A DNA stretch of 64,000 nucleotides from Synechococcus sp. (GCA_047285805.1 JBJBCN010000002.1:256001-320000); one strand, 5' to 3'. Positions 40,800 through 50,489 are shown, counted from the first letter of the stretch. The notes: generated by a model not told the origin, from the sequence alone. Translations and numbers: made by a program.

Positions 40800-41062
40800 A
40801 TCTTCGACGCACCCATCGACTGATCGTGCCTGTAGCAGCCGTACCACTACTTGTCACTTCCCTTTCAGGCTCGGTCTACAGCGGCTTGCTTGATCAAGGA
40901 ATCGATGCCTTCTGGCTGTTAAAGCTGCATACCGGCCGGTTCGGACCAATTAATTTGCAGCCCTACTACTCAGTGATTCTTGGCCTATTGACAATTGCAT
41001 TGATTGTCTCTGGTGTATCACTGTTGCTGCCTAAGCGAAGAAGTCCAAGAAGTTCTCAGTAG
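40796..41062 (+). CDS. PepSY-associated TM protein
   Basis: RRTHR...PLLVT..SG and WLLKLHTG motifs; GTGA overlap with upstream gene. Confidence 0.75.
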   Translation: MNLRRTHRLIVPVAAVPLLVTSLSGSVYSGLLDQGIDAFWLLKLHTGRFGPINLQPYYSVILGLLTIALIVSGVSLLLPKRRSPRSSQ

Positions 41063-41599
41063 GCGAAGTTGGCTTGAGCTCGGTCCTCCTATCCTTGATG
41101 CATGAGGGTGATGCGAAAGCGCAAGGTTTATCTGGCGTAAGCGCAAAACTCCTTAGTCTGGTTTGGACACTGAGATCTAGTTAGTAGTGGCCATTAAGAG
41201 CGTTGAAGCGGCAGCAAGATAGCTGGGATAACGGAGTCTCTCCAGCCTTCAGAACATGATGGATGATGGCTGCCTGGATGACTTCATCTCGCTGAATGAG
41301 AGGGGGCATCGGCAGCTAGAGATGAATTGGCTTCGTGAGCGTGTCGCTTAGGTGGTGAACTGGAGTGACTGGAACGTGGTCGCCAAGGAGCGGCTTAACC
41401 GAGTTGATCTGGAGACGATTCTCAGGATTTGGGAATACTGCAATGCGTTGTACGAGCAGTACAGGTGGAAGACACGTCACTTGGCAGCGGAATGGCGACT
41501 GCTTGAGGAGGCAATGCAGAAGGCAAGGCGGGCGGAGGAAATAAACTGATCGATTGCACGTGGGCTCTTGGACTGACAAATCCTTCAAGAGCTACAACG

Positions 41600-42083
41600 C
41601 TTGAACTAGCCGTTGAACTCAGTAGTCGTCTCCGTATTTAACCGAAGACGAAGCATCCATCAGCTCGACAGTGGTCTGGTAGCCGCTTTGCACAGTGAAG
41701 TCATGCTGGACGGCAACGTCCTGAAGTGCCTCGACGTCGAGTTCTGGCGCTGTAATCCAGCTGAAGCCCTTGCCAAAGGTGTTGTCTGGGTTGACTACGT
41801 ACCAGTGACAGGCCGTGTCGGGAACAGCAACGGAACACTTCGTCCAGTCGTTGTCCCACTGGGGGACTTGGACAAAGGATAGTGCGGCAAAAACAACGCT
41901 CAAGAAACCGGACAGCATTCACATATTTCACAGAGGCAAGACCCTAGCGGTTTTTGGGTGATGCAATCACTCCCCAGATCACCCTCCAGTAAAGGGAAGG
42001 CGTGAGGTGGTGCGAAATGTACTTCGCCCCACGTCTCGGACAACGGCGCTTGTGGGATCCGTCTCCAGGGCCGTCATGGCCTT
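41600..42083. repeat. About 480-bp direct repeat copy 2 (family B element plus intact small gene)
   Basis: Colinear with 31682-32163. Confidence 0.9.
41619..41918 (-). CDS. Putative secreted hypothetical protein (intact copy)
   Basis: 99 aa, hydrophobic N-terminus, C..VPD.ACHWY motif; duplicated in the window. Confidence 0.7.
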   Translation of the reverse strand: MLSGFLSVVFAALSFVQVPQWDNDWTKCSVAVPDTACHWYVVNPDNTFGKGFSWITAPELDVEALQDVAVQHDFTVQSGYQTTVELMDASSSVKYGDDY

Positions 42084-42409
42084 TGTCACCACAGGAGTGC
42101 AAGTCGAACCCAAGGGAGACCCATACGGCGCGCTTTTAGTTCTGTGTGCACGCTTGGTTCATGGCAGTAACCCCGAACAGCCTCCACAACACACCAAGCG
42201 ACGACGACCTCGCACTGCTCTGGCCTAACACCCCCTATGCATGCTGGTTAGGCGAAAAGGCAGCCTGCCGCTGCGCTCTATGCACTGCTCATCGGCGGGT
42301 CCGCTGGGACAGCCAAGAGCATTGACTCCAAGCTGCGTTTTCGCCCAAGGCGGCAACCCTCCCCATCTGGGGGCTATCCCAAAGCGACGCGGCCACTGTT
42401 GAGTGAGGC

Positions 42410-42634
42410 ATGGATCAACTCAGCCCGCATCAACTGAGATCTCTTCGGTTGGATGCGCTTGCCCGTGATCATCAGGTCGTTTTTGATCTGAATGACGGCA
42501 TTACGAACGGGCCCGAAACTTTGGTGAAAGAGCTGATGGATGTAAATGGCTGGCCTGCTCATGAAGCTCTCGACGCTGTTCAACGACTTCAGGAACAAGA
42601 ACTTCTCGACACAACAGACCAAGCAGCCGCTTGA
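42410..42634 (+). CDS. Small hypothetical protein
   Basis: 74-aa ATG ORF preceded by GAGG. Confidence 0.55.
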   Translation: MDQLSPHQLRSLRLDALARDHQVVFDLNDGITNGPETLVKELMDVNGWPAHEALDAVQRLQEQELLDTTDQAAA

Positions 42635-42747
42635 GGCACCTTGACAATTGCCCCTCGCTTTTTTGTATCAGTCAGAGCCATAACCAAGGGGTGCCATGCA
42701 GGCACAGGGAGAAAGGGCCGGTTGGTGACCGGCTTTTTTCTTGCTAG

Positions 42748-42863
42748 CCAAACAGCTCCCCGACCCACTGCTCAGAAGCGGGGAGTGTTGAGGTGGGGGA
42801 GCTTGGCACTCCCCCGTCTCGGTTCACGGGGTTCTCTCGGACCGTGTCCTCAGCGGTTATGGC
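42748..42863 (-). ncRNA. Family B putative sRNA
   Basis: GCCATAAC box, stem1 CACGG/CCGTG, stem2 GGGGGAG/CTCCCCC, CAACACTCCC, third hairpin. Confidence 0.55.
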
Positions 42864-43082
42864 CTTGGTGTTGCCGTCAGTGCAAGGGGTTGGCGCATCC
42901 ACTAGGACGAGCCTGGAGGTAAGGACCAACCAGATTCGTGGGACGCACGAACTTCAGTGTGTCCGCGGCCGTTCAAGCGTGCAACGGCGCATCAGGTATT
43001 GCTGCCGATCCAGCTGCTCGCCTTGAAGGGCTGTTTGCCCACGTTTTGCCCACGCTCAAAGGCGTGATCGCTGAGAAATCAA

Positions 43083-43156
43083 TCGGGGCGACAGGATTCG
43101 AACCTGCGACCTAGTGCTCCCAAAGCACCCGCGCTACCAAGCTGCGCCACGCCCCG
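43083..43156 (-). tRNA. trnP: tRNA-Pro (UGG)
   Basis: CGGGGCG acceptor stem, anticodon arm GGTGC-TTTGGGA-GCACT, T loop GGTTCGAATCC. Confidence 0.97.
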
Positions 43157-43240
43157 TATGTCTGGAGCTTACCGGTCGGTCCGGAGGGCTGGCAGGCCTC
43201 GTCGTCGCCGGTAGAACGCTCCCGCAGTCTTCTGCCCTCC

Positions 43241-43873
43241 ATGGGATCCGGCTTGATTCGCGCTCTCGCTGTTGCCGCTGGTCCGCCCGAGCAGCCCCTG
43301 CGGATTCCAGCCGATATCCATGTCGCCGGTCTGACCTTAGAGCTGGGGATCACCGCCGCGCCGCCCGATTCACCGGCCTTGCCCCTGCGCCCCGGTCAGC
43401 TGATTCGGCTGGTCTATCCCCTAGCGGTCAAGGCCAGCGAAGTCGATTCCTATGGCTGGCGTTACTCCAGTTCCCGCGGCGCATGGCGCATGCACGCCAA
43501 CCAGGATCTTGACGCACCCGCCGGAACGTTCGTGCTGGCCATGCTTCCGGGCCGCGTGGTCCTGGCGGAATCCATCGATGGCTATGGCCTCACCGTGGTG
43601 CTCGACCATGGCCGCAGTTGGCAGAGCATCTATGCCCATCTGCAAAGGGCCAACGTCCGCCCCGGTGACTTTTTGACGGCGGCATCCACCCTGGGCTTGG
43701 TCGGCAAGAGCGGCCGGGCCAGCAGCCCGCACCTCCACGTCGAGCTGCGCCAACGTCAAGGTGAGCACATGCTGGCCTTCGACCCACCCCGGTGCTGGAT
43801 CAGGCCACCCGCCTTCTGTCTTTTTCACCGTCCCCCTTGCCCGAAGCCCGAGTCCAGCCTTGATCACGATTGA
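43241..43873 (+). CDS. M23 family metallopeptidase (likely frameshift near 43785)
   Basis: H...D (HANQD), YGLTVVLDH, YAHL and PHLHVE motifs. Confidence 0.85.
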   Translation: MGSGLIRALAVAAGPPEQPLRIPADIHVAGLTLELGITAAPPDSPALPLRPGQLIRLVYPLAVKASEVDSYGWRYSSSRGAWRMHANQDLDAPAGTFVLAMLPGRVVLAESIDGYGLTVVLDHGRSWQSIYAHLQRANVRPGDFLTAASTLGLVGKSGRASSPHLHVELRQRQGEHMLAFDPPRCWIRPPAFCLFHRPPCPKPESSLDHD

Positions 43874-44549
43874 ACGCCCGGGCCTCAAGCTCCGCCATGC
43901 CTCGGCCTGGCTTCAATCACATGGGGTTGGCACAGAAGCCCTGCGTCAGCGCCTACTGCAGGAGGTGCCGTGGGAGCAGCCTCTGGTACGGGTTTATGGC
44001 AAGCAGCACCCCACGCCGCGTCTTACCTGCTGGATGGCCGACCCCGGCTGCAGTTACAGCTACAGCGGCCAGGTGCAGCCGATAACCCCATGGACCGCCT
44101 CGGTGCATGTCCTCCGGGAGCTCTTGGAGCAGCAGCTCGGGATCCGCTTCAACAGCCTGCTGCTCAACCGCTATCGCACCGGAGCCGATCGCATGGGCTG
44201 GCACGCCGATGATGAACCGGAACTCGACAAGGACGCCCCCATCGTCTCCCTGAGCATCGGCGTCCCCCGGGACCTACGGTTTCGACACCGTTCAGGAGGC
44301 GAGGCGCCCTTGACGGTCTGCCTCGATGACGGTGATCTCTTGGTGATGGATCCGCTCACCCAGCTCCACTGGCAGCATGCCCTTCCGGCGCGTGCCCGGG
44401 TCAAGACTGAGCGGATCAACCTCACCTTTCGGCGGATTCAGCCCAGAACCGCGATGCAGTCGATCTCCACCCGCGCGGCCTTGGGCAGTGCGGCCACTTC
44501 GACGCAGGCCCGAGCCGGAGAGACCCCCTCGCCGAAGACCTCGGCATAG
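43860..44549 (+). CDS. AlkB-family 2OG-Fe(II) dioxygenase
   Basis: PRLTCW, LLNRYR, MGWHADDE, WQH and RINLTFR motifs. Confidence 0.9.
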   Translation: MITIERPGLKLRHASAWLQSHGVGTEALRQRLLQEVPWEQPLVRVYGKQHPTPRLTCWMADPGCSYSYSGQVQPITPWTASVHVLRELLEQQLGIRFNSLLLNRYRTGADRMGWHADDEPELDKDAPIVSLSIGVPRDLRFRHRSGGEAPLTVCLDDGDLLVMDPLTQLHWQHALPARARVKTERINLTFRRIQPRTAMQSISTRAALGSAATSTQARAGETPSPKTSA

Positions 44550-44836
44550 AGCGCGTTCACCTTGGCGAAGTCCCCCAGATCGGCCAGGAAGACCGTGGTG
44601 CGCACCACCTGTTGCGGTGTGCAGCCGGCTTCCTGCAGTACGGCTTTGAGGTTGCTGAGCACCTGCCGGGCTTCGGCTTCCACATCGCCGCCCCCCACCA
44701 TGGAGCCGGTGGCTGGATCCAGTGCGATTTGGCCCGAGCAATAGAGAACCCCACCCGCCTTCACGGCCTGGTTGTAGGGGCCCACCGGTGCTGGAGCCGC
44801 TGCGGTTGTTACCGCCTCAATCGCTGGAAGGGTCAT
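44438..44836 (-). CDS. ridA: RidA (YjgF/UK114) enamine deaminase
   Basis: APVGPYNQA, SGQIALDP and PARACVEVAALPK...VEI. Confidence 0.92.
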   Translation of the reverse strand: MTLPAIEAVTTAAAPAPVGPYNQAVKAGGVLYCSGQIALDPATGSMVGGGDVEAEARQVLSNLKAVLQEAGCTPQQVVRTTVFLADLGDFAKVNALYAEVFGEGVSPARACVEVAALPKAARVEIDCIAVLG

Positions 44837-44879
44837 TGCACGAGAGGATGTGGCGCCGAGCCTATGGCGAACCCGCTGA

Positions 44880-45980
44880 ATGCCCGCAGAGATTCCCACC
44901 CCTGAACTCCCCCAGGAGCCGCAGGTGGAGCTCAGCGGCCTCTGGCATCGCTACACCGGTCCCGCCTCCAGCGGTGACTGGACGCTGCGGGATATCGATT
45001 TTCAGCTCCAGCCCGGTGAGCTAGTGGGGCTGCTTGGCCCCTCGGGCTGTGGCAAGACCACCCTGCTGCGCTTGATTGCCGGCTTCGAGCAGCCCGAGCG
45101 CGGTTCCGTTTCCATCGGTGGTCGGCCCGTGGCCGGCCACGGGCGCTGGCTGCCGCCCGAGCGCCGCGGGGTGGGCATGGTCTTTCAGGACTACGCCCTC
45201 TTCCCCCACCTCGATGCCTGGCGCAACGCCTGCTTTGGCCTCAAGCGCGGACAGGACACCAGCCGTGCGGCCTGGCTGCTGGAGCTGCTCGGCTTGAAGG
45301 GCCTCGAGCGCCGTTATCCCCATGAACTCTCTGGCGGCCAACGCCAACGGCTGGCCTTGGCCCGCGCCCTGGCCCCAGGCTGCTCATTGGTGCTGCTGGA
45401 TGAGCCCTTCTCCAACCTGGATGTCGAGGTGCGTCTGCGCCTGCGCGCTGAGCTCCCAGGTGTCCTGGCCCGTTGCGGCGCCAGCGGGGTGATCGTCACC
45501 CATGACCCCGAGGAGGCGATGGCGATCTGCGATCGGGTGGCTGTGCTCGAGTCCGGTCACCTGCACCAATGCGCCAGCCCCCGCGAGCTCGTCAACGCTC
45601 CGGCAACCTCCTTTGTGGGTCGTTTTGTCCTCCAGGGCAATCTGCTCCCGGCTCAGGTGCAGGCCGGTTCCTGCGAAACGCCGCTAGGTGTTCTTGATCC
45701 CGTTGATCAAGCCGCGGCTGGATCTGTAAGCGGCTCCGAGGTGCTCGTCAGCCAGCAGGCCATCGAGCTCGTCCCGGACGACGACGCTGAGGCCTGGGTG
45801 GTGGGCCGTGAATACCTCGGGCGCGAGTGGCTCTATCAGGTGCAGCTCAACGAGCTCCGTCTCCGCCTGCGGCTTCCCCTGGATCTCGATTACTCCCGCG
45901 GCCAGCGCTGTCAGCTGCGCCTGCGCTCGGGCGAGTCGGCTCGTCTCTACCCCAGTGGTTCGGCCCTGATCGCCCGCTAG
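44880..45980 (+). CDS. ABC transporter ATP-binding protein, FutC/Fe3+-type
   Basis: GPSGCGKT, VFQDYALFPHL, LSGGQ and LLDEPFSNLD; C-terminal TOBE-like region. Confidence 0.85.
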   Translation: MPAEIPTPELPQEPQVELSGLWHRYTGPASSGDWTLRDIDFQLQPGELVGLLGPSGCGKTTLLRLIAGFEQPERGSVSIGGRPVAGHGRWLPPERRGVGMVFQDYALFPHLDAWRNACFGLKRGQDTSRAAWLLELLGLKGLERRYPHELSGGQRQRLALARALAPGCSLVLLDEPFSNLDVEVRLRLRAELPGVLARCGASGVIVTHDPEEAMAICDRVAVLESGHLHQCASPRELVNAPATSFVGRFVLQGNLLPAQVQAGSCETPLGVLDPVDQAAAGSVSGSEVLVSQQAIELVPDDDAEAWVVGREYLGREWLYQVQLNELRLRLRLPLDLDYSRGQRCQLRLRSGESARLYPSGSALIAR

Positions 45981-46726
45981 CCACGCCAGAGATCTTTGTG
46001 CCCCCGCAACTGACGCAGGGCGGCGGCGTCCTGGGCCCGCACAAACAGATTGGTGGCCTGCTCCAGAGCAATGCTGCTGGGGATGGTCGGCTCCCCCTCA
46101 CGGCGGAGCTGCTGGACCGCCACGAGACGCTCAGCGATGGCGGTGTTACCCGGTTCCCTCTCGGCGGCCCAGCGCAGATTTCCCTCGGTGTACTCGTGGG
46201 CGCACCACACTCGGGTGTTGGGCCCCAGGGCGCTCAGGATCTGCAGCGAGTTCAGCATCTGCTCGGGCGTGCCCTCAAAGAGGCGTCCGCAGCCCCCAGC
46301 AAAAAGGGTGTCGCCGCAGAAAAGCTCTGCCGCTTCCTTGGATTGGGGTTCCAGTACGTACGCAATGTGGTGGCGCGTGTGGCCCGGCACCTCAAGCACC
46401 CGCAGGTTCCGCCCGAGGAGTTTCAATCGATCGCCCCCCTGGACGCCCTGGGTCTGCAGCGGGATCCGTTCGTGATCTGCTGCACTGGCGATCACCGCAG
46501 CCTGCGGCCAGCGCTGCAGCAACCCCGGTGTCCCGCCAATGTGGTCGTGGTGGTGGTGGGTGTTCAGGATCGCCTCGAGCTCCAGCCCCCGCTCCTCCAG
46601 CCAGGCGATAACGGGCCTGGCCACCGCCGGATCCACCACGGCTGCACCGCTGCCGCAACCGTGCAAGACAAAGACGTAGTTGTCGCTCAGGACCGGGATC
46701 AGCGAAACCGTCGTGGCGGCATGCAT
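45977..46726 (-). CDS. gloB: Hydroxyacylglutathione hydrolase (glyoxalase II)
   Basis: [24 protein letters not shown] and AHEYT motifs. Confidence 0.93.
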   Translation of the reverse strand: MHAATTVSLIPVLSDNYVFVLHGCGSGAAVVDPAVARPVIAWLEERGLELEAILNTHHHHDHIGGTPGLLQRWPQAAVIASAADHERIPLQTQGVQGGDRLKLLGRNLRVLEVPGHTRHHIAYVLEPQSKEAAELFCGDTLFAGGCGRLFEGTPEQMLNSLQILSALGPNTRVWCAHEYTEGNLRWAAEREPGNTAIAERLVAVQQLRREGEPTIPSSIALEQATNLFVRAQDAAALRQLRGHKDLWRG

Positions 46727-46755
46727 CGTTAAAGTCCCGGTTCTGGCTGCCATCC

Positions 46756-47391
46756 ATGATCACCGTCGCGCTGGCCAAGGGAGCCCTGCTCAAGGACTCG
46801 GTTAGTCGCTTTGCGGCCGCTGGCCTGGATTTCGCGGCGGTGCTGGAGCCCGGTAATCGTCAGCTGATGGTGCCCAGCGTTTGCGGCCGGGCTCGGGCTC
46901 TGCTGGTGCGCAACGCGGATGTGCCGGTCTATGTGGCCTACGGCCAGGCCCAGCTCGGGGTGGTGGGTTACGACGTGTTGAAGGAACACCAGCTGCCGGT
47001 AGCGCAGTTGGTGGACCTCGGGTTTGGCGGTTGCCGGATGAGCGTGGCCGTGAAGGCCTCCAGCCCCTACCGCCGAGCCAGCGACCTGCCAGCCCACTGC
47101 AGGATTGCCAGCAAATTCACCCGCTGCGCTGAGGAGTATTTCGAGGCTTTGGACCTGCCCGTTGAGCTGATCCACCTAGCCGGTTCCGTCGAACTGGGGC
47201 CGATCACGGGCATGAGCGAAGCCATCGTTGACCTGGTGGCCACCGGCCGCACCCTCGAAGAGAACGGCCTGATCTCCATCGAAGATCTCTTCCACTCCAC
47301 CGCCCGCCTGGTGGGTCACCCCCTGTCCTTGCGACTGGATTCCGGCGAGATCCAATCGATCGTCGATCAGATCGCCAGCGCAGGCGCCTGA
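46756..47391 (+). CDS. hisG: ATP phosphoribosyltransferase (short form)
   Basis: ALAKG, DVPVYV and GSVELGP...[11 protein letters not shown]. Confidence 0.95.
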   Translation: MITVALAKGALLKDSVSRFAAAGLDFAAVLEPGNRQLMVPSVCGRARALLVRNADVPVYVAYGQAQLGVVGYDVLKEHQLPVAQLVDLGFGGCRMSVAVKASSPYRRASDLPAHCRIASKFTRCAEEYFEALDLPVELIHLAGSVELGPITGMSEAIVDLVATGRTLEENGLISIEDLFHSTARLVGHPLSLRLDSGEIQSIVDQIASAGA

Positions 47392-49190
47392 TGGCCAAGC
47401 ACGACCGTCAGCGGCTGGTGCGTCTGCTGCCCTATCTGGGGCGCGACCGCAAACGCCTGCTGCTAACCCTGGTGCTGCTGATCCCTGTGGCCGGTGCCGC
47501 GGCGGTGCAACCGTTACTGGTGGGTCAGGCCATTTCAGCCCTGCGCCAGGAGCCCGTGCTGGCCTGGCTCGAGCCCATGTCCCTATCGGGCCAGCTGCGC
47601 ACCCTTGTGCTGCTGCTGTTGGTGGCGGTCTTGATCCGCCTCGGCCTTCAAGGGCTGCAGAGCTTCAACGTTCAGGCCGTTGGCCAACGTCTGACCGCGC
47701 GGATTCGCAACGATCTATTCGCCCATGCGATGGATCTCTCCCTGCGCTTCCACGACCGCACGCCGGTCGGCAAGTTGCTGACGCGACTGACCAGTGACGT
47801 CGATGCCCTCGCTGAGGTCTTCGGCAGTGGCGCCGTCGGACTGCTGGCCGACCTGGTCACCCTGCTGGTGATCGCCGGAACGATGGTGGCCATTGAACCG
47901 CGTCTCGCGGTGCTGCTGCTGGCGGTGCAACTGCCTGTCACCTTGACGATGCTCTGGCTGCAGAAGCGCTATCGCAAGGCCAACTACCGCGTCCGGGAGG
48001 AGCTCTCTCAGCTGAATGCGGATCTGCAAGAGAACCTCCAGGGATTGGAGGTGGTTCAGATGTTCCGGCGCGAGTCCCACAACTCCGCCCGCTTTTCCCG
48101 CACCGCGGATGCCTACCGCAGTGCCGTCAACAGTACGATTTTCTACGACTCCTCTATCTCTGCCCTGATCGAGTGGGTCTCCCTCGGGGCGATCTCCCTG
48201 GTGCTGGCCCTGGGGGGCTGGATGGTGACCGCCGGCGCTATGGGCCTTGGCACCCTGACCACCTTCATCCTTTATTCCCAGCGCCTCTTTGACCCCCTGC
48301 GCCAACTGGCTGAGCGCTTCACCCAGATCCAGGGGGGCCTCACAGCCGTCGAGCGGATCGGTGAATTGCTCGAGGAGCCCATTGAGATTCAGGAGCTGCC
48401 CCTCAACCAGCGCTCGGCTGCCGCGATCCTCACGGGCAGTGAGATGAGCAGTGCCGGTGAGGTCGTCTTTGAGAACGTCTCCTTCGCCTACCGACCGGAC
48501 GACCCGATCCTCACCGACCTCTCCTTCCGGATCGCCCCCGGTGAACACGTCGCACTGGTAGGACCGACCGGTTCTGGCAAGACCACGATCATTCGCCTGC
48601 TCTGCCGTCTCTATGAGCCCCAGCAGGGCCGGATCCTGCTGGATGGCGTCGACATCCGCGAGTTGCCGATCCCGACCCTGCGCCAACGCCTGGGGGTGGT
48701 GCTTCAGGACACCTTCCTCTTCAGCGGCAATGTCTCAGATAACCTCCGCCTCGATGGCTCAGTCAGTGATGCCGAGCTGGAGCGCATCTGTTTCGAGCTC
48801 GGACTGGAGCCCCTTCTGGATCGGCTGTCCTCCGGCCTGACCACCGAGCTGCGGGAGCGGGGCAGCAACCTCTCCTCCGGTGAGCGTCAGCTGCTCTCGG
48901 TTGCCCGGGTGGCGATCCGTAACCCCTCGGTCCTGGTCATGGACGAGGCCACGGCCTTTCTCGATCCCTCCACCGAGGCGACCCTGCAGCGTGACCTCGA
49001 CAAGCTTCTGCGCCAGCGCACCGCTATTGTTATTGCCCACCGTCTGGCCACCGTGGAAGCGGCCCACCGGATCCTGGTGCTCCAGCGCGGTCGCCTAATT
49101 GAAGAGGGCACCCATATCGCCCTGCGCGCTGCAGGTGGGCTCTACGCCCAGTTGGCTGAACTGCAGGAGCGCGGCTTGGCGAAGCTCTAG
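47391..49190 (+). CDS. ABC exporter, fused permease/ATPase
   Basis: TM domain plus GPTGSGKT, LSSGERQ and MDEAT. Confidence 0.92.
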   Translation: MAKHDRQRLVRLLPYLGRDRKRLLLTLVLLIPVAGAAAVQPLLVGQAISALRQEPVLAWLEPMSLSGQLRTLVLLLLVAVLIRLGLQGLQSFNVQAVGQRLTARIRNDLFAHAMDLSLRFHDRTPVGKLLTRLTSDVDALAEVFGSGAVGLLADLVTLLVIAGTMVAIEPRLAVLLLAVQLPVTLTMLWLQKRYRKANYRVREELSQLNADLQENLQGLEVVQMFRRESHNSARFSRTADAYRSAVNSTIFYDSSISALIEWVSLGAISLVLALGGWMVTAGAMGLGTLTTFILYSQRLFDPLRQLAERFTQIQGGLTAVERIGELLEEPIEIQELPLNQRSAAAILTGSEMSSAGEVVFENVSFAYRPDDPILTDLSFRIAPGEHVALVGPTGSGKTTIIRLLCRLYEPQQGRILLDGVDIRELPIPTLRQRLGVVLQDTFLFSGNVSDNLRLDGSVSDAELERICFELGLEPLLDRLSSGLTTELRERGSNLSSGERQLLSVARVAIRNPSVLVMDEATAFLDPSTEATLQRDLDKLLRQRTAIVIAHRLATVEAAHRILVLQRGRLIEEGTHIALRAAGGLYAQLAELQERGLAKL

Positions 49191-49915
49191 GCCAGCGTTC
49201 GCTCTAGCCAGTTCTCCAGTACCTCGGCCAGGGGACCTGGTGCACTGCGCATTGGCAGGTGCCCTTCTCCGGCTAACTCGTGCATTTCAGCGCCGCTGGC
49301 GTAGCCGGCGAGATGGCGCACGTACCGCGGCTCCATCACCGTGTCCTTGCTCCCCACCACCCAGAGGCTGGGCACCGTCAGCTGGCTGGCGAGCGCCGGC
49401 AATTGGCGCACGGCTCCGCTCTGCATGCTGCAGGCCAGTAGCCCCCGGGCGGCGCGTAATTCCGCCACCAGCGGGCTGCGAATGGCTTCGGTGCCAGGCA
49501 GTTGCGCCAGCCAGGTCGGGCGCCAACGCAAAAACGTGGCGCCGCCATTGCGCACCATCCGAAACGGCCGCGGCTGATAGACCCCGCCGCCCGAGGCGAT
49601 CTGGATAATGCCTCGCAGCTGCCCCCCGAGCTGGGGGGCGGCATGCAGCACCAGGCTTCCCCCCAGAGAATGGCCGATCAGCACGATTGGTCGCCCCTGG
49701 GCCCGCTCCCGTGCCGCTTCGGCGAGCCAACGGCCGTAGCTGACCAAGTTGGTGCGGAGCTCCTTCGGGCGTGGGCGTTGGCCAAAGCCCGGCAGATCCG
49801 GGGTCCAGCAGTCCCAGCGCGGCTCCAGAGCTTGGGTCAGGGGCTCCCAGAGCCGCCCTGAGAGCAGCCAGCCGTGCACGCCAACCAGCAGAGGTGCCGC
49901 GTTCAGGGATCCCAA
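49187..49915 (-). CDS. Alpha/beta hydrolase
   Basis: HGW, DLPGFG and GHSLGG nucleophile elbow; GH catalytic His. Confidence 0.9.
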   Translation of the reverse strand: MGSLNAAPLLVGVHGWLLSGRLWEPLTQALEPRWDCWTPDLPGFGQRPRPKELRTNLVSYGRWLAEAARERAQGRPIVLIGHSLGGSLVLHAAPQLGGQLRGIIQIASGGGVYQPRPFRMVRNGGATFLRWRPTWLAQLPGTEAIRSPLVAELRAARGLLACSMQSGAVRQLPALASQLTVPSLWVVGSKDTVMEPRYVRHLAGYASGAEMHELAGEGHLPMRSAPGPLAEVLENWLERTLA

Positions 49916-49955
49916 TGCAAGAAACGGACCCAGCCTGCATCAATGCGGTGACCTG

Positions 49956-50489
49956 GTGGGTCAAGATCAACCCAGCACTGGAGCGGGATCCGTTCTGATT
50001 GGTTCCACAGCCACCGAACTCGAGGAGCTCTACGGCCGGGACCATCGCGTGTGCGCGACGCCCCATGCGAAGGCCTCCCTGGTCTTGAGCCTGGAGCGGG
50101 AGATTGACCTCTACGAACTCGAACAGCTCACCGATGCGGTGGGCTGGAGCCGCCGTCCCCTGCGACGGGTGCGCAAGGCCCTGGAGAACAGCCTCCTGGT
50201 GGTGGCCCTCTGGCGCCATGACGCGCGTCTGCCGCGCCTGGTCGGATTTGCCCGCTGCACCGGCGATGGCGTGATCGAGGCCACCGTCTGGGACGTGGCG
50301 GTCCATCCCCATTATCAAGGGCTGGGCCTGGGTAAACAGCTGATGCAGTACGTCATTGAGCGGCTGCAGTTGATGCAGGTGGAGCGCATTAGCCTCTTCG
50401 CCGATCCAGGCGTGATCGAGTTCTACGGCGCCCAGGGCTGGGAGCTGGAACCCCAGAACCGTCGCTGCGCCTTCTGGTACGCCCCCTAG
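49956..50489 (+). CDS. GNAT N-acetyltransferase (Ycf52-like; start uncertain)
   Basis: VGWSRRP, GFARCTGDG and WDVAVHP.YQG.GLG. Confidence 0.85.
   Translation: MGQDQPSTGAGSVLIGSTATELEELYGRDHRVCATPHAKASLVLSLEREIDLYELEQLTDAVGWSRRPLRRVRKALENSLLVVALWRHDARLPRLVGFARCTGDGVIEATVWDVAVHPHYQGLGLGKQLMQYVIERLQLMQVERISLFADPGVIEFYGAQGWELEPQNRRCAFWYAP

Noticed and set aside
42930..43030. Possible integrase C-terminal remnant next to the tRNA
   Set aside because: Only a vague resemblance to the LxGH motif, with no catalytic Tyr context or open frame
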